Shown in pieces: positions 24,518-37,503 of a stretch of 64,000 bases of DNA. A model generated the notes under the pieces. It did not search any database. It was not told where the DNA came from and was given only the letters and a program-made list of their open reading frames with translations. Location: positions 1 through 64,000 of the forward strand of contig CAUYUJ010000086.1 in assembly GCA_963575745.1 (NCBI GenBank). Direction: 5' to 3'. The translations under genes were made by a program, and so were the position numbers. Numbering within the stretch: position 1 is the first letter of the stretch; each line of letters begins with the position of its first letter. Source of the DNA: Prorocentrum cordatum. Taxonomy: Eukaryota.

Positions 24518-27331
24518 GCGCGTGTATTTGCGTGTGTGTGTGTGTGCGTGCGTGTGTGTGTGTGTGTGTGTCAGTGTGTGTGTGTGTGTGCGTGCGCGCG
24601 CGGCGCTGGCAGCCCCGCGCTGGCCCCCCCCCGCCTCGCCCTTTCTCGGGCGCTCCGCGAGGGCGGAGTGGTTGGTCCGTGGAGGGAGGGCCGGCCCCAA
24701 AATGGGGCGGTCCCTCCCCCCTCCGGAGCGCCGGAAGGGGGTGTGGTGGGTGGGGGGGGGGGGGCTCTGTCTGCCAGTCAGTGTGTCTGTGTGTCTATGT
24801 CTGTGTGTCTATGCTTCTGTGTGTCTGTGTTTTTGTGTGTATGTGTGTCAGTGTGTCAGTGTGTCAGTGTGTCTGTGTATCTGTTTGTCTGTGTGTCTGT
24901 GTGTCTGGGTGTCTGGGTGTCTGTGTGTCTGTGTGCCTGTGTGCCTTTGTGCATGCGTGTCTGTGTGCCCTTGTGTCTGCGTGTCTGTGTGTTGGTGTGT
25001 CTGCGTGTCTGCGTGTCTGTGTGTCTGCGTGTCTGTGTGTCCGTGTGTCTGTGTGTTTGTGTTTCTGTGTGTGTGAATATGGTGCTCTGTGTGTCTGTGT
25101 GCTTGAGTGTCTGTGTGTCTGTGTGTCTGTGTATTTGGGTGTCTGTATGTCTGTGTGTCTGTGTGTCTGAGTGTCTGTGTTTCTGTGTGTCTGTGTGTCT
25201 GTGTGTCTGTGTGTCTATGTGTCAGTGTGTCTGTGTGTCTGTGTGTCTTTGTGTCTGTTTGTCTGTGTGTCTGTGTGTCTGTGTGCCTGTGTCTGTGTGT
25301 CTTTGTGTCTGTGTGTCCGTGTGCTTGTGTCTGTATGGCCGTGTGTCTGTCTGTCTGTCTGTCTGTGTGTGTGTTGTCTGTGTGTCCGTGTGTCCGTGTG
25401 TCTGTGTGTCTGTGTTTATGTGTGTCTGTGGGTCTCTGTGTTTGTGTGTCTGTGTGTGTGTCTGTCTGTCTGTCTGTGTGTCTGTCTGTCTGTGTGTCTG
25501 TGTGTCTGTGTGTCTGTGTGTCTGTGTGTCTGGTTGCCTGTGTGTCTGTGTGTCCGTGTGTCTGTGTGTCTGTGTGTCTGTGTGTCTGTGTGTCTGTATG
25601 CCTGTGTGTCTGTGTGTCTGTGTGTCTGTCTGTCTGTCTGTCTGTCTTTCTGTGTGTCTGTATGTCTGATTGCCTGTGTGTCTGTGTGTCCGTGTGTCAG
25701 TGTGTCTGTGTGTCTGTGTGTCACTGTGTCAGAGTGCCAGTGTGTCTGTGTGTCTATGTGTCTATGTGTCTGTGTGTCTGGGTGTCTGTTTATCCTTGTA
25801 TTTGTGTGTCTGTATGTCTCTGTGTCTGTGTGTCTGCGTGTCTGTGGGTCCGTGTGTGTGTGCGTGTGTGTCTGTGTGTCAGCGTGTCCGTGTAATCATG
25901 TGTCTGTGTGTCTGTGTGTATGTGTCTCTGTGTGTCTGTGTGTCTGAATGTCTGTGTGTCCTGTGTGTTTTTGTGTTGGTGTGTCTGTGTGTCTGTGTGT
26001 TGGTGTCTGTGTGTTCGCGTGTCCGTGTGTCTGTGTGTCTGAGTGTCTGTGTGTTTGTGTGTCCGTGTTTGTGTGTGTCTGTGAGTTCGCGTGTCTGTGT
26101 GTATGTGTCTCTGTGTGTCTTTGTGTCTGTGTGCCTGTGTGTCTGTGTGTCTGTGTGTCTCTGTGTCTGTTTGTCTGTGTGTCTGTATGTCCGTGTCTTT
26201 TGTGTCCTTGTGTCCGTGTGCTCGTGTCTGTGTTTTTGTATGTCTGTGTGTTTGTGTGTTCGTGTGTCTGTGTGTCTGAGTGTCTGCGTGTCTGGGTCTC
26301 TGTGTGTCTGTGTGACTGGTTGTCTGTTTGTCTGTGTATCCTTGTGTCTGCGTGTCTTTGTGTGTGTGTCTGCGTGTCTGTGTGTCTCTCTGTTTGTGGA
26401 TCTGTCTGTGTGTCTGTCTTTCTGTGCGTCTGTGTGTGTGTCTGTCTGTCTGTTTGTGCGCGTGAATTTGCGTGTGTGTGTGTGCGCGTGCGTGTGTGCG
26501 TGTCAGTGTGTGAGTGTGTGCGCGCGCGGCGCTGGCAGCCCCGCGCTGCCGCCCCACCCCCTTCCGGGCGCTCCGCGAGGGCGGAGTGGTTGGAGTGGAG
26601 GGAGGGCCGGCCCCAAAATGGGGCGGCGCCTCCCCCTTCCGGAGCGCTGGAAGGGGGTGTGGTGGGTGGGGGGGCTCTGTCTGCCTGTCTGTGTGTCTGT
26701 GTGTCTGTGTATCTGTGTGTCTGTGTTTTTGTGCGTCTGTGTGTCTGTGTGTCAGTGTGTCAGTGTGTCTGTTTATCTGTTTGTCTGTGTGTCTGTGTGT
26801 CTGTCTGTCTGGGTGTTTGTGTGTCTGTGTGCCTGTGTGCCTTTGTGCTTGCGTGTCTGTGTGTCCTTCGTATCCGCGTGTCTGTGTGTCTGCGTGTCTG
26901 TGTGTCCGTGTGTCTATGTGTCTGTGTGTCTGTGTGTCTGTGTGCTTCAGTGTCTGTGTGTCTGTGTGCTTGAGTGTCTGTGTGTCTGTGTGTCTGTGTA
27001 TTTGTGTGTCTGTATGGCTGTGTGTCTGTGTGTCTCCGTGTCTGTGTTTCTGTGTGTCTGTTTATCTGTGTGTCTGTGTGTCTGTGTGTCTGGCGGCCTA
27101 TGTGTCTGTGTGTCTGTGTGTCTGTGTGTCTGTGTGTCTGTGTGTCTGTGTGTCTGTGTGCCTGTGTGTCTGTGTCTGTGTGTCTGTGTGTCTGTGTGTC
27201 CGTGTGTCTTTTGTGTCTGTATGGCCGTATGTCTGTCTGTCTGTGTGAGAGTTTGTCCGTGTGTCCGTGTGTCCGTGTGTCTGTGTGTCTGTGTGCTTGT
27301 GTATCTGTGGGTCTTTGTGTCTGTGTGTCTA

Positions 27332-27366
<35 letters not shown>

Positions 27367-30343
27367 GTGTCTGTGTGTCTGTGTGTCTGTGTGTCTGTGT
27401 GTCTGTGAGTCAGTGTGTCTGTGTGTCTGTTTGTATGTGTGCCTGTGTTTCTGTCTGCGTGTCTTCCTGTGTGTCTGTGTGTTTGTGTTGCCTTGTCTGT
27501 GTGTCTGTGTGTCTGTGAGTCTGTGTGTCTGTGTGTTTGTGTCCCTGTGTGTCTGCGTGTCTTTGTTTCTGTGTGTCAGTGTGTCAGTGTGTCAATGTGT
27601 CTGTGTCTCTGTGTGTCTGTGTGTCTGTGTGTCTGTGTGTCTGGGTGTCCCATACCTGTGTGTCTGTGTGTCTGTGTGTCTGTGTGTCTGTGTGTCTGTT
27701 TCTTTTTTGCGTCTGTGTGTCTGTGTGTCAGTGTGTCAGTGTATCGGTGTATCCGTTTGTGTGTGTCTGTGTGTCTGTCTGTGTGTGTCTGTGTGCCTGT
27801 GTGCCTTTGTGCCTGCGTGTCGGTGTGTCCTTGTGTCTGTGTGTCTGTGTGCGTGTATGCGTGTGCCTGTGTGTCTGTGTGTCTGTGTTTCTGTGTGTCT
27901 GTGTGTCTGAGCGTCTGTGTGTCTGTGAATCTGGTGCTCTGTGTGTCTGTGTGCTTGAGTGTCTGTGTGTCTGTGTGTCTTTGTATTTGTGTGTCTGTAT
28001 GTCTGTGTGTCTGTGTGTCTGCGTGTCTGTGTGTCTGTGTGTCTGTGTGTCTGTGTGTCTGTGTGTCTGTGTGTCTGTGTGCCTGTGTGCCTGTGCTTGT
28101 TTCTGTCTTTCTGTCTTTCTGTGTGTCTGTGTTTCTGTGTGTCTGTGTGTCTGTGTGTCTGAGTGTCCGCTTGTCTGTGCGTCTGTGTGTCTGTGGGTCT
28201 GTGGGTCTCTGTGTCTGTGTGTCTGTGTGTCTGTGTGTCTGTGTGTCCCTGTTCCTCTGTGTGTGTGTGTTTGTCTGTCTGTCTTTGTGTCCGTGTGTTT
28301 TTGTGTCTGTGTATCTGTGTGTCTGGCGGCCTATGTGTCTGTGTGTCTGTGTGTCCGTGTGTCCGTGTGTCAGTGTGGCTGTGCGTCTGTGTTTCTGTGT
28401 GTCAGTGTGTCAGTGTGTCAGTGTGTCAGTGTGTCAGTGTGTCTGTGTGTTTATGTGTCTGTGTGTCTGTGTGTCTTGGTGTCTGGGTGTCAGTCTGTCA
28501 GTGTGTCCGCGTGTCTGTGTGTCTGTGTGTCTGTGTGTCTGTGCATCTGTGTGTCTGGTTGTTTCTGTGTCTGTGTGTCTGTGTGTTTGCGTGTCTGTGT
28601 GTCCGTGTGTGTGTCCGTGTGGTTGTGTGTCTGCGTGGCCGCGTGTCCGTGTGTCTGTGTGTCTGTGTGTCTGTGTGTCTGTGTGTCTGTGTGTCTGTGT
28701 GTCTGTGTGTCTCTGTGTCTGTGTGTCTGTGTGTCTGTGTGTTTTTGTGTTGGTGTGTCTGTGTGTCTGTGTGTTGGTGTCTGTGTTCCGTGTGTCCGTG
28801 TGTCTGTGTGCCTGTGTGTCTGTGTGTTTGTGTGTCTGTGTGTCCGTGTGTCTGTCTGTCTGTGTGTCTGTGTTTCTGTGTGTCTGTGTGTCTGTGTGTC
28901 TGGGTTTGTGTGTCTATATGTCCGTGTGTCATGTGTGTCCGTGTGTCCGTGTCTGTGTGTCTGCATGGCTGTGTGTTTGTGTGTCCGCGTGTTTGTGTGT
29001 CTGAGTTTTTGCGTGTCTGGATGTCTGTGTGTCTGTGTGACTGGTTGGCTGTGTGTCTGTGTATCCTTGTGTCTGCGTGTCTGTGTGTCCGTGTGTCTGC
29101 GTGTCTGTCTGTGTGTGTGTCTGTGTGTCTGTCTGCCTGTGGATCTGTCTGTGTTGTCTTTCTGTGCGTCTGTGTGTTTGTCTGTCTGTATGTGTGTCTG
29201 TGCGCGTGTATTTGCGTTTGTGTGTGTGTATGCGTGCGTGTGTGTGTGTCAGTGTGTGTGTGTGTGTGTGTGTGTGCGTGCGCGCGCGGCGCTGGCAGCC
29301 CCGTGCTGGCCCCCCCCCGCCCTTCCCCTTTCTCGGGTGCTCCGCGAGGGCGGAGTGGTTGGAGTGGAGGGAGGGCCGGCCCCAAAATGGGGCGGTGCCT
29401 CCCCCCTCCGGAGCGCCGGAAGGGGGTGTGGTGGGTGGGTGGGGGGGGGCTCTGTCTGCCAGTCAGTGTGTCTGTGTGTCTATGTGTCTGTGTGTCTATG
29501 TGTCTGTGTGTCTGTGTGTCCGTGTTTTTGTGCGTCTGTGTGTCAGTGTGTCAGTGTGTCAGTGTGTCTGTGTATTTGTTTGTCTGTGTGTCTGTGTGTC
29601 TGTCTGTCTGGGTGTCTGTGTGTCTGTGTGCCTGTGTGCCTGTGTGCCTGCGTGTCTGTGTGTGCTTGTGTCTGCGTGTCTGTGTGTTGGTGTGTCTGCG
29701 TGTCTGCGTGTCTGTGTGTGTGCGTGTCTGTGTGTCCGTGTGTCTGTGTGTCTGTGTGTCTGTGTGTCTGTGAATCTGGTGCTCTGTGTGTCTGTGTGCT
29801 TGAGTGTCTGTGTGCCTGTGTGTCTGTGTATTTGTGTGTCTGTATGTCTGTGTGTCTGTGTGTCTACGTGTCTGTGTTTCTGTGTGTCTGTGTGTCTGTG
29901 TGTCTGTGTGTCTGTGTGTCTATGTGTCCGTGTGTCTGTGTGTCTGTGTGTCTTTGTGTCTGTGTGTCTGTGTGTCTGTGTGTCTGTGTGCCTGTGTCTG
30001 TGTGTCTGTGTCTGTGTGTCCGTGTGTCTTTTGTGTCTGTATGGCCGTGTGTCTGTCTGTCTGTCTGTGTGTGTGTGTTGTCTGTGTGTCCGTATGTCCG
30101 TGTGTCTGTGTGTCTGTGTGTCTGTGTTCTGTGGGTCTCTGTGTTTGTGTGTCTGTGTGTGTGTCTGTCTGTCTGTGTGTCTGTCTGTCTGTGTGTCTGT
30201 GTGTCTGTGTGTCTGTGTGTCTGTGTGTCTGGTTGCCTGTGTCTGTATGCCTGTGTGTCTGTGTGTGTGTGTGTGTCTGTCTGTCTGTCTGTCTGTGTGT
30301 CTGGCTGTCTGTGCGTGTGTGTGTGTCTGTCTGTCTGTCTGTC

Positions 30344-30390
<47 letters not shown>

Positions 30391-30419
30391 GTCTGTCTGT
30401 CGGTCTGTCTGTCTGTCCG

Positions 30420-30473
<54 letters not shown>

Positions 30474-30968
30474 GCGCGTGTGTATGCGTGTGTGTGCGTG
30501 TGTGTGTCAGTGCGTGTGTGTGTGCGCGCGCGGCGCTCGCAACCCCGCGCCCCCCCTCCCCCTTCCTCCAGCGCCCCGCGAGGGCGGAGTGGTTTGAGTG
30601 GGGGGAGGGCCGGCCCCAAGATGGGGCGGTGCCTCCCCCCCCCGGAGCGCCGGGAGGGGGTCGGGGGGGGGGTTCGTGCGTGTGTTTGTAAGTGTTCGTT
30701 CGTGTGACGTGGGTGTGGTTGTAAGTGTGTTCGTTTGTGCGTGTGTGTGTGTGTGTGTGTGCGTTTGCTTGTGTGACTGTCTCTGTTCTCAGTGCGTGTT
30801 TTCTGTGGGTGTTCGCGATTGCGTTCGTGTGTCTGGTGCGTGTGTGTGTGTCTGGTGCGTGTGCGTGTGTGTGTGTGCGCGTGTGCCTGTGTGTTCGTGC
30901 GTGTGTGTGTGTGCTTTTCCGTTTGCGTGTGTTTATGTTTGTATGAGTGGGTGCGCGTGTGTCTGGTA

Positions 30969-31006
<38 letters not shown>

Positions 31007-31312
31007 CGTCTGTGTGTGTACGTGGGTATGGGCGTGCGTGTGGGGTGCGCGCGCATGAATGGGCGCGCGTGGATGAGTGTGCGCGCGCGTGTGGATGTGT
31101 GTTTGTGTCTGTGCTCGTGTGATTCTGTGTGCGTGCGTGCGCGTGCGTGTGCGCGCGCGCGCCCTCGGTGGCGCCGTGGTCCGCGCGCCCCCCCCCCCTT
31201 TCTCTCTCTCCCCTGCCTCGGGCGCACCGCGGGGGCGGAGTGGGTGGAGTGGGGGGAGGGCCGGCCCCAGAATGGCGCAGCGCCTCCCCCCTCCGGAGCG
31301 CCGGCGGAGAGG
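16391..31312 (+). repeat. Nine interspersed copies of a ~90-100 bp GC-rich hairpin module
   Basis: Core gcgctccgcgagggcggagtggttggagtggagggagggccggccccaaaatggggcggtgcctcccccctccggagcgc at about 16391, 16642, 19733, 21841, 24641, 26558, 29325, 30561 and 31212. The outer arms gcgctccg/cggagcgc are complementary. Confidence 0.92.
16750..31160. repeat. Degenerate (TGTGTCTG)n / (GTCT)n / (TG)n satellite, ~14.5 kb
   Basis: An 8-bp tandem unit with extreme G/T strand bias is visible directly. The overlapping C/V/S/L-rich ORFs are artefacts of it. Confidence 0.98.
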
Positions 31313-31516
31313 GCGGGAGAAGATCATATCTGAAGCTCTCTGCTTTTTTTTCCGAGCACTCTCGAGGGTGCGAGGAGCTCTACGAGGTCCCCGGCGGTAA
31401 CCAGGTTGACGGTTGACCGCCGGCGCCAGTGGACGCTAACAAGTGTAAAATTGTGAAGGTTGACGGTTTACCGCCGGCGCCCAGTCTGGTAACTGGGGGT
31501 CGGTTTTTGTCTCTGT

Positions 31517-32638
31517 AACTCGTAGAGCTTCCCTTAGCAAGTTATTGCTGGAAGCTTAAGAGTAATTCCGGGGAGCTGGAGAGCTAGTTGGCAAGAAAAA
31601 TCTCGACGGACCTTTTGCTGACTTTTGGTCGGTTCAAAATTTTGTTCTGAAAATTTGAACATTCGTTAGAGCTCTAGTTTTTTTTCCCATGATATTCGAT
31701 CTTATTCGCGCTCGCCATCTTGATCTCAGCTCGATCGGGTAACTTTGAAGGCCAAAAAGCAGGCAGGCGGGAACGGCCGTTTCGAGTCATCTTGATACGC
31801 GCTGTCGGTTTTCTCAAGATAACTCGAGCTTCAGGACAACTACAGAGCTGGTCAGCACAGCTAATGCATTCAGAGTGATCAGGCGCGTTCGCCTGTTGAA
31901 TCCAGAGGTCTGAACTCGGTCTGCGAGCCGAGCTAGGGTTGCAAACCTATTCGTATTATTCGAGTCATTGTAGCAGACGCTCTCAGTTTTTCTTACTTAA
32001 CTCGATCTGTAGGGCAGCCACAGAGCTGATAATCACAGAAATCGATTGAGAATTATCAGGCGCGTTCGTCTGTCGAATCAAGAGCTCTGAACTCGGCCTG
32101 TTTCCCGAGTTAGGTTCGCGAACCTATTGGTATTGTTCGAGTCATCTTGAGAAGTGCTCTCGGTTTTCTGTACTTAAATCGTGCTGGGGGAGGGGTACAG
32201 TGCTGCTGGTCACAGGAATCGATTTCGAGACATCAGGCGCGTCCGTTCGTCGAACCAAGAGCTCGCAACTCGGTCTGCTGCTCGAACGAGATCCGCGAAA
32301 CTGTTGTATTATTCGAGTCATCCTGAGAGGTACTCTCGGTTTGCTGCACTTAACTCAGGCTGTATGGGGGGCTGCAGAGCTGGTAATCACAGGAATCGAT
32401 CCGCAGACATCAGACGCGTCCGCCTGTCGCATTCAGAGGTCTGAACTCGGTTCCATAGTCGAGCTCGATTGGAAAACGGTTCGTTTGTTTTATTAGAGTC
32501 ATCTTGAGAGGTCTATAATCGCTTGGGCTGAAAAAACTACTCGTTCTCGGAAATTCTTTTCCACATTATATATTGTCAGGAAGCTCTACGAGTCCCCCGG
32601 CGGTAAGAAAGGTTGACGGTTTACCGCCGGCGTCCAGT
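31517..32638 (+). mobile_element. Complete family-A non-autonomous element (~1.1 kb)
   Basis: 5' actcgtagagcttcc (31518-31532) is the exact reverse complement of ggaagctctacgagt (32579-32593), which is followed by a stem-loop and ccagt. The flanks rejoin to match the empty site ctctgt|atgtaaa seen at ~37361-37373. Confidence 0.85.
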
Positions 32639-35600
32639 ATGTAAACTTTTGAAATTCGTTTCGAGAACCAGTATTTTTCTCGCGTCTGTCAGTACAATTC
32701 TTAGGTCCGTAGCTGCAGTATTACTATCAAAAGACTTGAGGGAACCGACTTTGGATGAGAACCAAAAAACCAAGTGTAGAGCTCTTCGGCAAGACGAGCT
32801 AAGAGAAATTCGTTCGCAGGTGGAGCTAGTTGGCCGATTCGACCTTAAGAGACAATGTGGCCACTTGGGCTCGGTTATCCTATCTTTGTGCAAAATTTGG
32901 AAGTTCGTTTTAGAGACAGGTATTTTTCCTACCTGTAGCGGGTTTGCCGCGTCTGTCAAATTCCCAGGTCGGTAGCTGTAATATTCTTATGAAAAGACTT
33001 GAGGGAACCATCGGCCGTTTCGAGTCATCGTGACACGCGTTGACGCTTTCCTGTACCTAACTCGAGATTTAGGAGAGCTACAGAGCTGATGCTTACATAA
33101 ATCGATTCAGAATCATCAGGCGCGTTCGTCTGTCGCATCGAGAGGTCTGAACTCGGTCTGCTGCTCGAGCTAGGCCCGCAAAATTATTTTTAATATACGA
33201 TTATTTTGACGAGTGTTGTTGGTTTCCCTTGACCGAATATTTCGGAGAGCTACAGAGCTGGCATGCATATTCACCGACCCAGTATCTCCCGGCGCGATTT
33301 TTCTCGCATCGAGAGGTCCGAACTCGTTCTGGCAGCCAGGTCCACGAAGCGAAGATGCAAACTTTTAAAAATCATATTTACCGATATTTCTTCTTCGCGC
33401 TTGAGAAATCTTCTTTCGTATGCTTCGAGCATAGAGGTCTACGAGGCTCCCGGCGGTTACCTGGTTGACGGTTCACCGCCGGATCCCAGTCAGGGCATGC
33501 CCACTTTGCTCTCTGGGTTTTGGACGCTACCATGGATGCTACCAAGTGCCTCGAAGAGCTCTTCGGCATCGATGAGCTAGAGGCCCTCAGCAAGTTATTG
33601 CTGGGAGCTAAGAGTAATACCGGCGCGCTGAAGAGCTAGTTGGCTCGAAAAATCTCGACGGAACTTTGATGACTTTTGCTCGGTTGAACATTTGTTTCTC
33701 GAAATTCATCAACCCGTTTGAGTTCTAGTATTTTTTCCCGTGATATTCGATCTTATTACCGCTCGCCATCTTTCTCAGCTCGATCGGGTGAATATTATTA
33801 TCGAAAAGCACGATTTCTGTGACCAGCAGCACTGTAGCCCTCCCCCAGCACGAGTTAAGTGCAGAAGCCCGAGAGCACTTCTTAAGATGTCTCGAACAAT
33901 ACAAATAGTTTCGCGGACCTATCTCGGGCAGCAGGTCGAGTTCAGAGCTCTCGATTGAACAGCCGAACGCGCCTGATGAATCCCAATCGATTTCTGTGAC
34001 TATGAGCTCTACAACTGCCCTACAGGGGACCTAGCTCGACTAGCAGACCGAGTTCAGACCTCTGGATTTAACAGGCGAACGCGCCTAATCATTCTGAATC
34101 GATTAGCTGTGCTTACCAGCTCTGTAGCTATCCTGAAGCTCGAGTTATCTCTAGAAAACCGACAGCGCGTATCAAGATGACTCGAAACGGCCGATCCCGC
34201 CGGAGTGCTTTTTGGCAGTAAAAGGTACCCGATCGAGCTGAGATCAAGATAGCGAACGGAAATAAGATCGAATATCACGGGAAAAAATACTAGAGCTCAA
34301 ACGAATTGTTGAATTTCGAGAACAAAATTTTCAACCGACCAAAAGTCAGCAAAAGGTCCGTCGAGATTTTTCTTGCCAACTAGCTCTCCAGCGCCCCGGA
34401 ACTGGGATTCGGCGGTAAACCGTCAACCAGGTAACCGCCGGGAGCCTCGTAGGAAAGACTCGTCAAAACGATTGTATATTACAAATAGTTTTGCGGGCCT
34501 AGCTCGAGGAGCAGACCGAGTTCAGACCTCTCGATGGAACAGACGAACGCGTCTGATGATTCTGAATCGGTTTCTGTAAGAATCAGCTCTGTAGCTGTCC
34601 TAACTCTCGAGTTAAGTACAGAAAGCTGTTAACGCGTCTCAAGATGACTCGAAACGGCCGACGGTTCCCTGAAGTCTTTTGATAGTAATATTACAGCTAC
34701 AGACCTGGAAATTTAACTGGCAGACGCGGTATAATCCGCTACAGGTGGGAAAAATATATGTTTGTAAAACGAATTTTCAAACTTTGCACAAAGATAGAAT
34801 AACCGACCCCAAGTCGTCACATTGTCTCTTAAGGTCAGGTCGGCCAACTGGCGCCGGTGAACCGTCAATCTGGTCACCGCCGGGAACCTCGTAGAGCTCC
34901 TTGCATCCGTGAGAAAGCTCAGCATCAAAGCGGGAGCTTCTGGGAGCGTTTCTAGAAAAACTTGAAGTTGAGATGTTTCGGAGTCAACATGAAGTCGGTT
35001 CCTCCAAGTAAACTGGTACTGAAAATAACTCTAGAGGGCTGAGCTGCTCAGGGAACAAAGTTTATATCTCAATGCTCGGAGTAAAAATCTGCTTTCTCAA
35101 AATGAATTGTCAAATATCTTTCAACAAATTGACAAATTGCAAAAACACCCAAAAGTTGTCACATTGTCCGCCTCGGCCGGCTGGGCCAACTAGCTCCACC
35201 CCGCGCCGGAATTCCTCTAGCTCATCGATGCCGAAGAGCTCTACGAGGTACTAGCTCCACCTGCGCCCGAATTCCTCTTAGCTCATCTTGCCGAAGAGCT
35301 CTACGAGGTATAACTCTTAAGCTTCCAGCAATGACTTGCTAAGGGAAGCTCTACGAGTTACTTGCTGAGGGAAGCTCCACGACTTATTTTCCAGGCCAAC
35401 TAGCTCTCCAGCGCCCGGGAATTACTCTTAAGCTTCGAGCAATAATTTGCTAACGGAAGCTCCACGAGATCAGCTTCCCCCCGCGCCGGAACTGGGCGCC
35501 GGCGGGAAACCGTCAACCTTAGTTACCGCCGGGAGACTCGTAGAGCTTCCTATCTCGACTTAAGTTGAGATAACCGAGAGCACCTACCAACATTCCCACT

Positions 35601-37503
35601 CATACTGAATATGTTTTGACCCTGAATGCCACAGGCGAACGCGTCTGATGTCTGCAAATCGACTCCTGTCATTACCAGCCCTGCAGCTCTCCTACAGCCC
35701 GAATTAAGTGCAGAAAACCGACAGCACCTTTCAGGATGACTCGAAGAATACAGTAGTTTTGCAAACCTAATTCAGGCAGCAGACCGAGTTCTAGCTCTAG
35801 ATTCGACAGGCGGACGCGACTGATGTCTTCGAATCGATTCCTGTAACCACCAGCACTGTAGCCCCCCTCAGCGCAAATTGAGTGAAGAACACCGAGAGCA
35901 CTTCTCAAAATGACTCGACGATTCTAGATCGGGCAGCAAACCGAATTCAGAGCCTTGAATTCGACGGACAACGCAACAGCTTTGTAGCAGTCCTACAGCT
36001 CGAGTTAAGTACAGAAAACCGAGAGTTTCTGTCAATATGACTCGAATACTACGAATAAGTTTGCGGACCTAGCTCGACTAGCAGACCGAGTTCAGACCTG
36101 TAGATTCGACAGACGAACGCGCCTGATCATTCTACATCGGATAGCTGTGCGTACCAGCTCTGTAGCTGTCCTAAAGCTCGAGTTATGTTCAGAAAACCGT
36201 CAGCGCGTATTAAGATGACTCGACACGGCCGATCCCGCCAATTTGGAACATCAGGCGCGTCCGTCTGTCGAACCGAGACTCGGAACTCGGTCTGCTGCTC
36301 GAACTAGCTCTGCGAAGCTATTGTATTATTCAAGTCATCCTGAGAGCTGCTGTCGGTTTCTGCACTTAACTCGCGCTGTAGGGGGGCTGCATGGCTGGTA
36401 ATCAGAGGAGTCGATTCACAGACATCAGACGCGTCCGCCTGTCGCATTCAGAGGTGAACTCGGTTTGACACTCGAGCTGGGTTCTAAACTGTTCGTGTTT
36501 TTGCCAGAGTCATCTTTCGAGGTCTGGCTTGGGCTGACATACATTATATATTGTCAGGAAGCTCTACGAGTCCCCCGGCGGTAACAAAGGTTGACGGTTT
36601 ACCGCCGGCGCCCAGTAACTCGTAGAGCTTCCCTTAGCAAGTTATTGCTGGAAGCTTCAGAGTAATTCCGGGGCGCTGGAGAGCTAGTTGGCAAGAAAAA
36701 TCTCGACGGACCTTTTGCTGACTTTTGGTCGGTTGAAAATTTTGTTCTCGAAATTCATCAATTCGTTTGAGCTCTGGTATTTTTTCCCGTGATATTCGAT
36801 CTTATTTCCGCTCGCTATCTTGATCTCAGCTCGATCGGGTACCTTTTACTGCCAAAAAGCACACGGGCGGGATCGGCCGTTTCGAGTCATCTTGTCAAGC
36901 GGTGTCGGTTTTCTCAAGATAACTCGAGCTTGAGGACAGCGAAAGAGCTGGTAAACACAGCTAATCGATTCAGAATGATCAGGCGCGTTCGGCTGAAGGT
37001 CTGAATTTGGTCTGCTAGCCGAGGTAGGTGCGCAGACCTATTCGTATTATTCGAGTCATCTTCACAGGCGCTCTCGGTTTTCTGTACTTAACTCGAGCTA
37101 CAGAACAGCTGCCTGCCTCCACGCATGCCTCCACGCGTGCAGGCACGCGTGGAAGCGTTCCTGGCTTCGAGTCAGAGACGCTGCAGGGGGGCTCCCCGGG
37201 CCCCAGAAGAGCTTCACGAGAGCTTCTGCGCGCTTGCCAGGAAGGCTTTTGCCTCGCAGAGCTCTTCAGCAAAGAGCTAAGAGGAATTCCGGCGCAGAGT
37301 AGAGCTAGTTGGCGGGTCCGACCAAAAGAGAGAATCTGGTAACTGGGGGTCGGTTTTTGTCTCTGTATGTAAAATTTTGAAATTCGTTTCGAGAACCAGT
37401 ATTTTTCTCGCGTCTGCCAGTACAATTCTCAGGTCCGTAGCTGCAGTATTACTATCAAAAGACTTGAGGGAACCGACTTTGGATGAAAACCAAAAAATCA
37501 AGT

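Noticed and set aside
16543..31333. Many long Cys/Val- or His/Thr-rich ORFs (up to 1060 aa)
   Set aside because: They are translations of the (TGTGTCTG)n satellite, which has few stop codons, and are open in many frames at once.
31517..32640. TA target-site duplication (Tc1/mariner MITE)
   Set aside because: It fits this one junction only. Other copies are followed by G, C or T after CCAGT, and the inverted repeats are subterminal and asymmetric.
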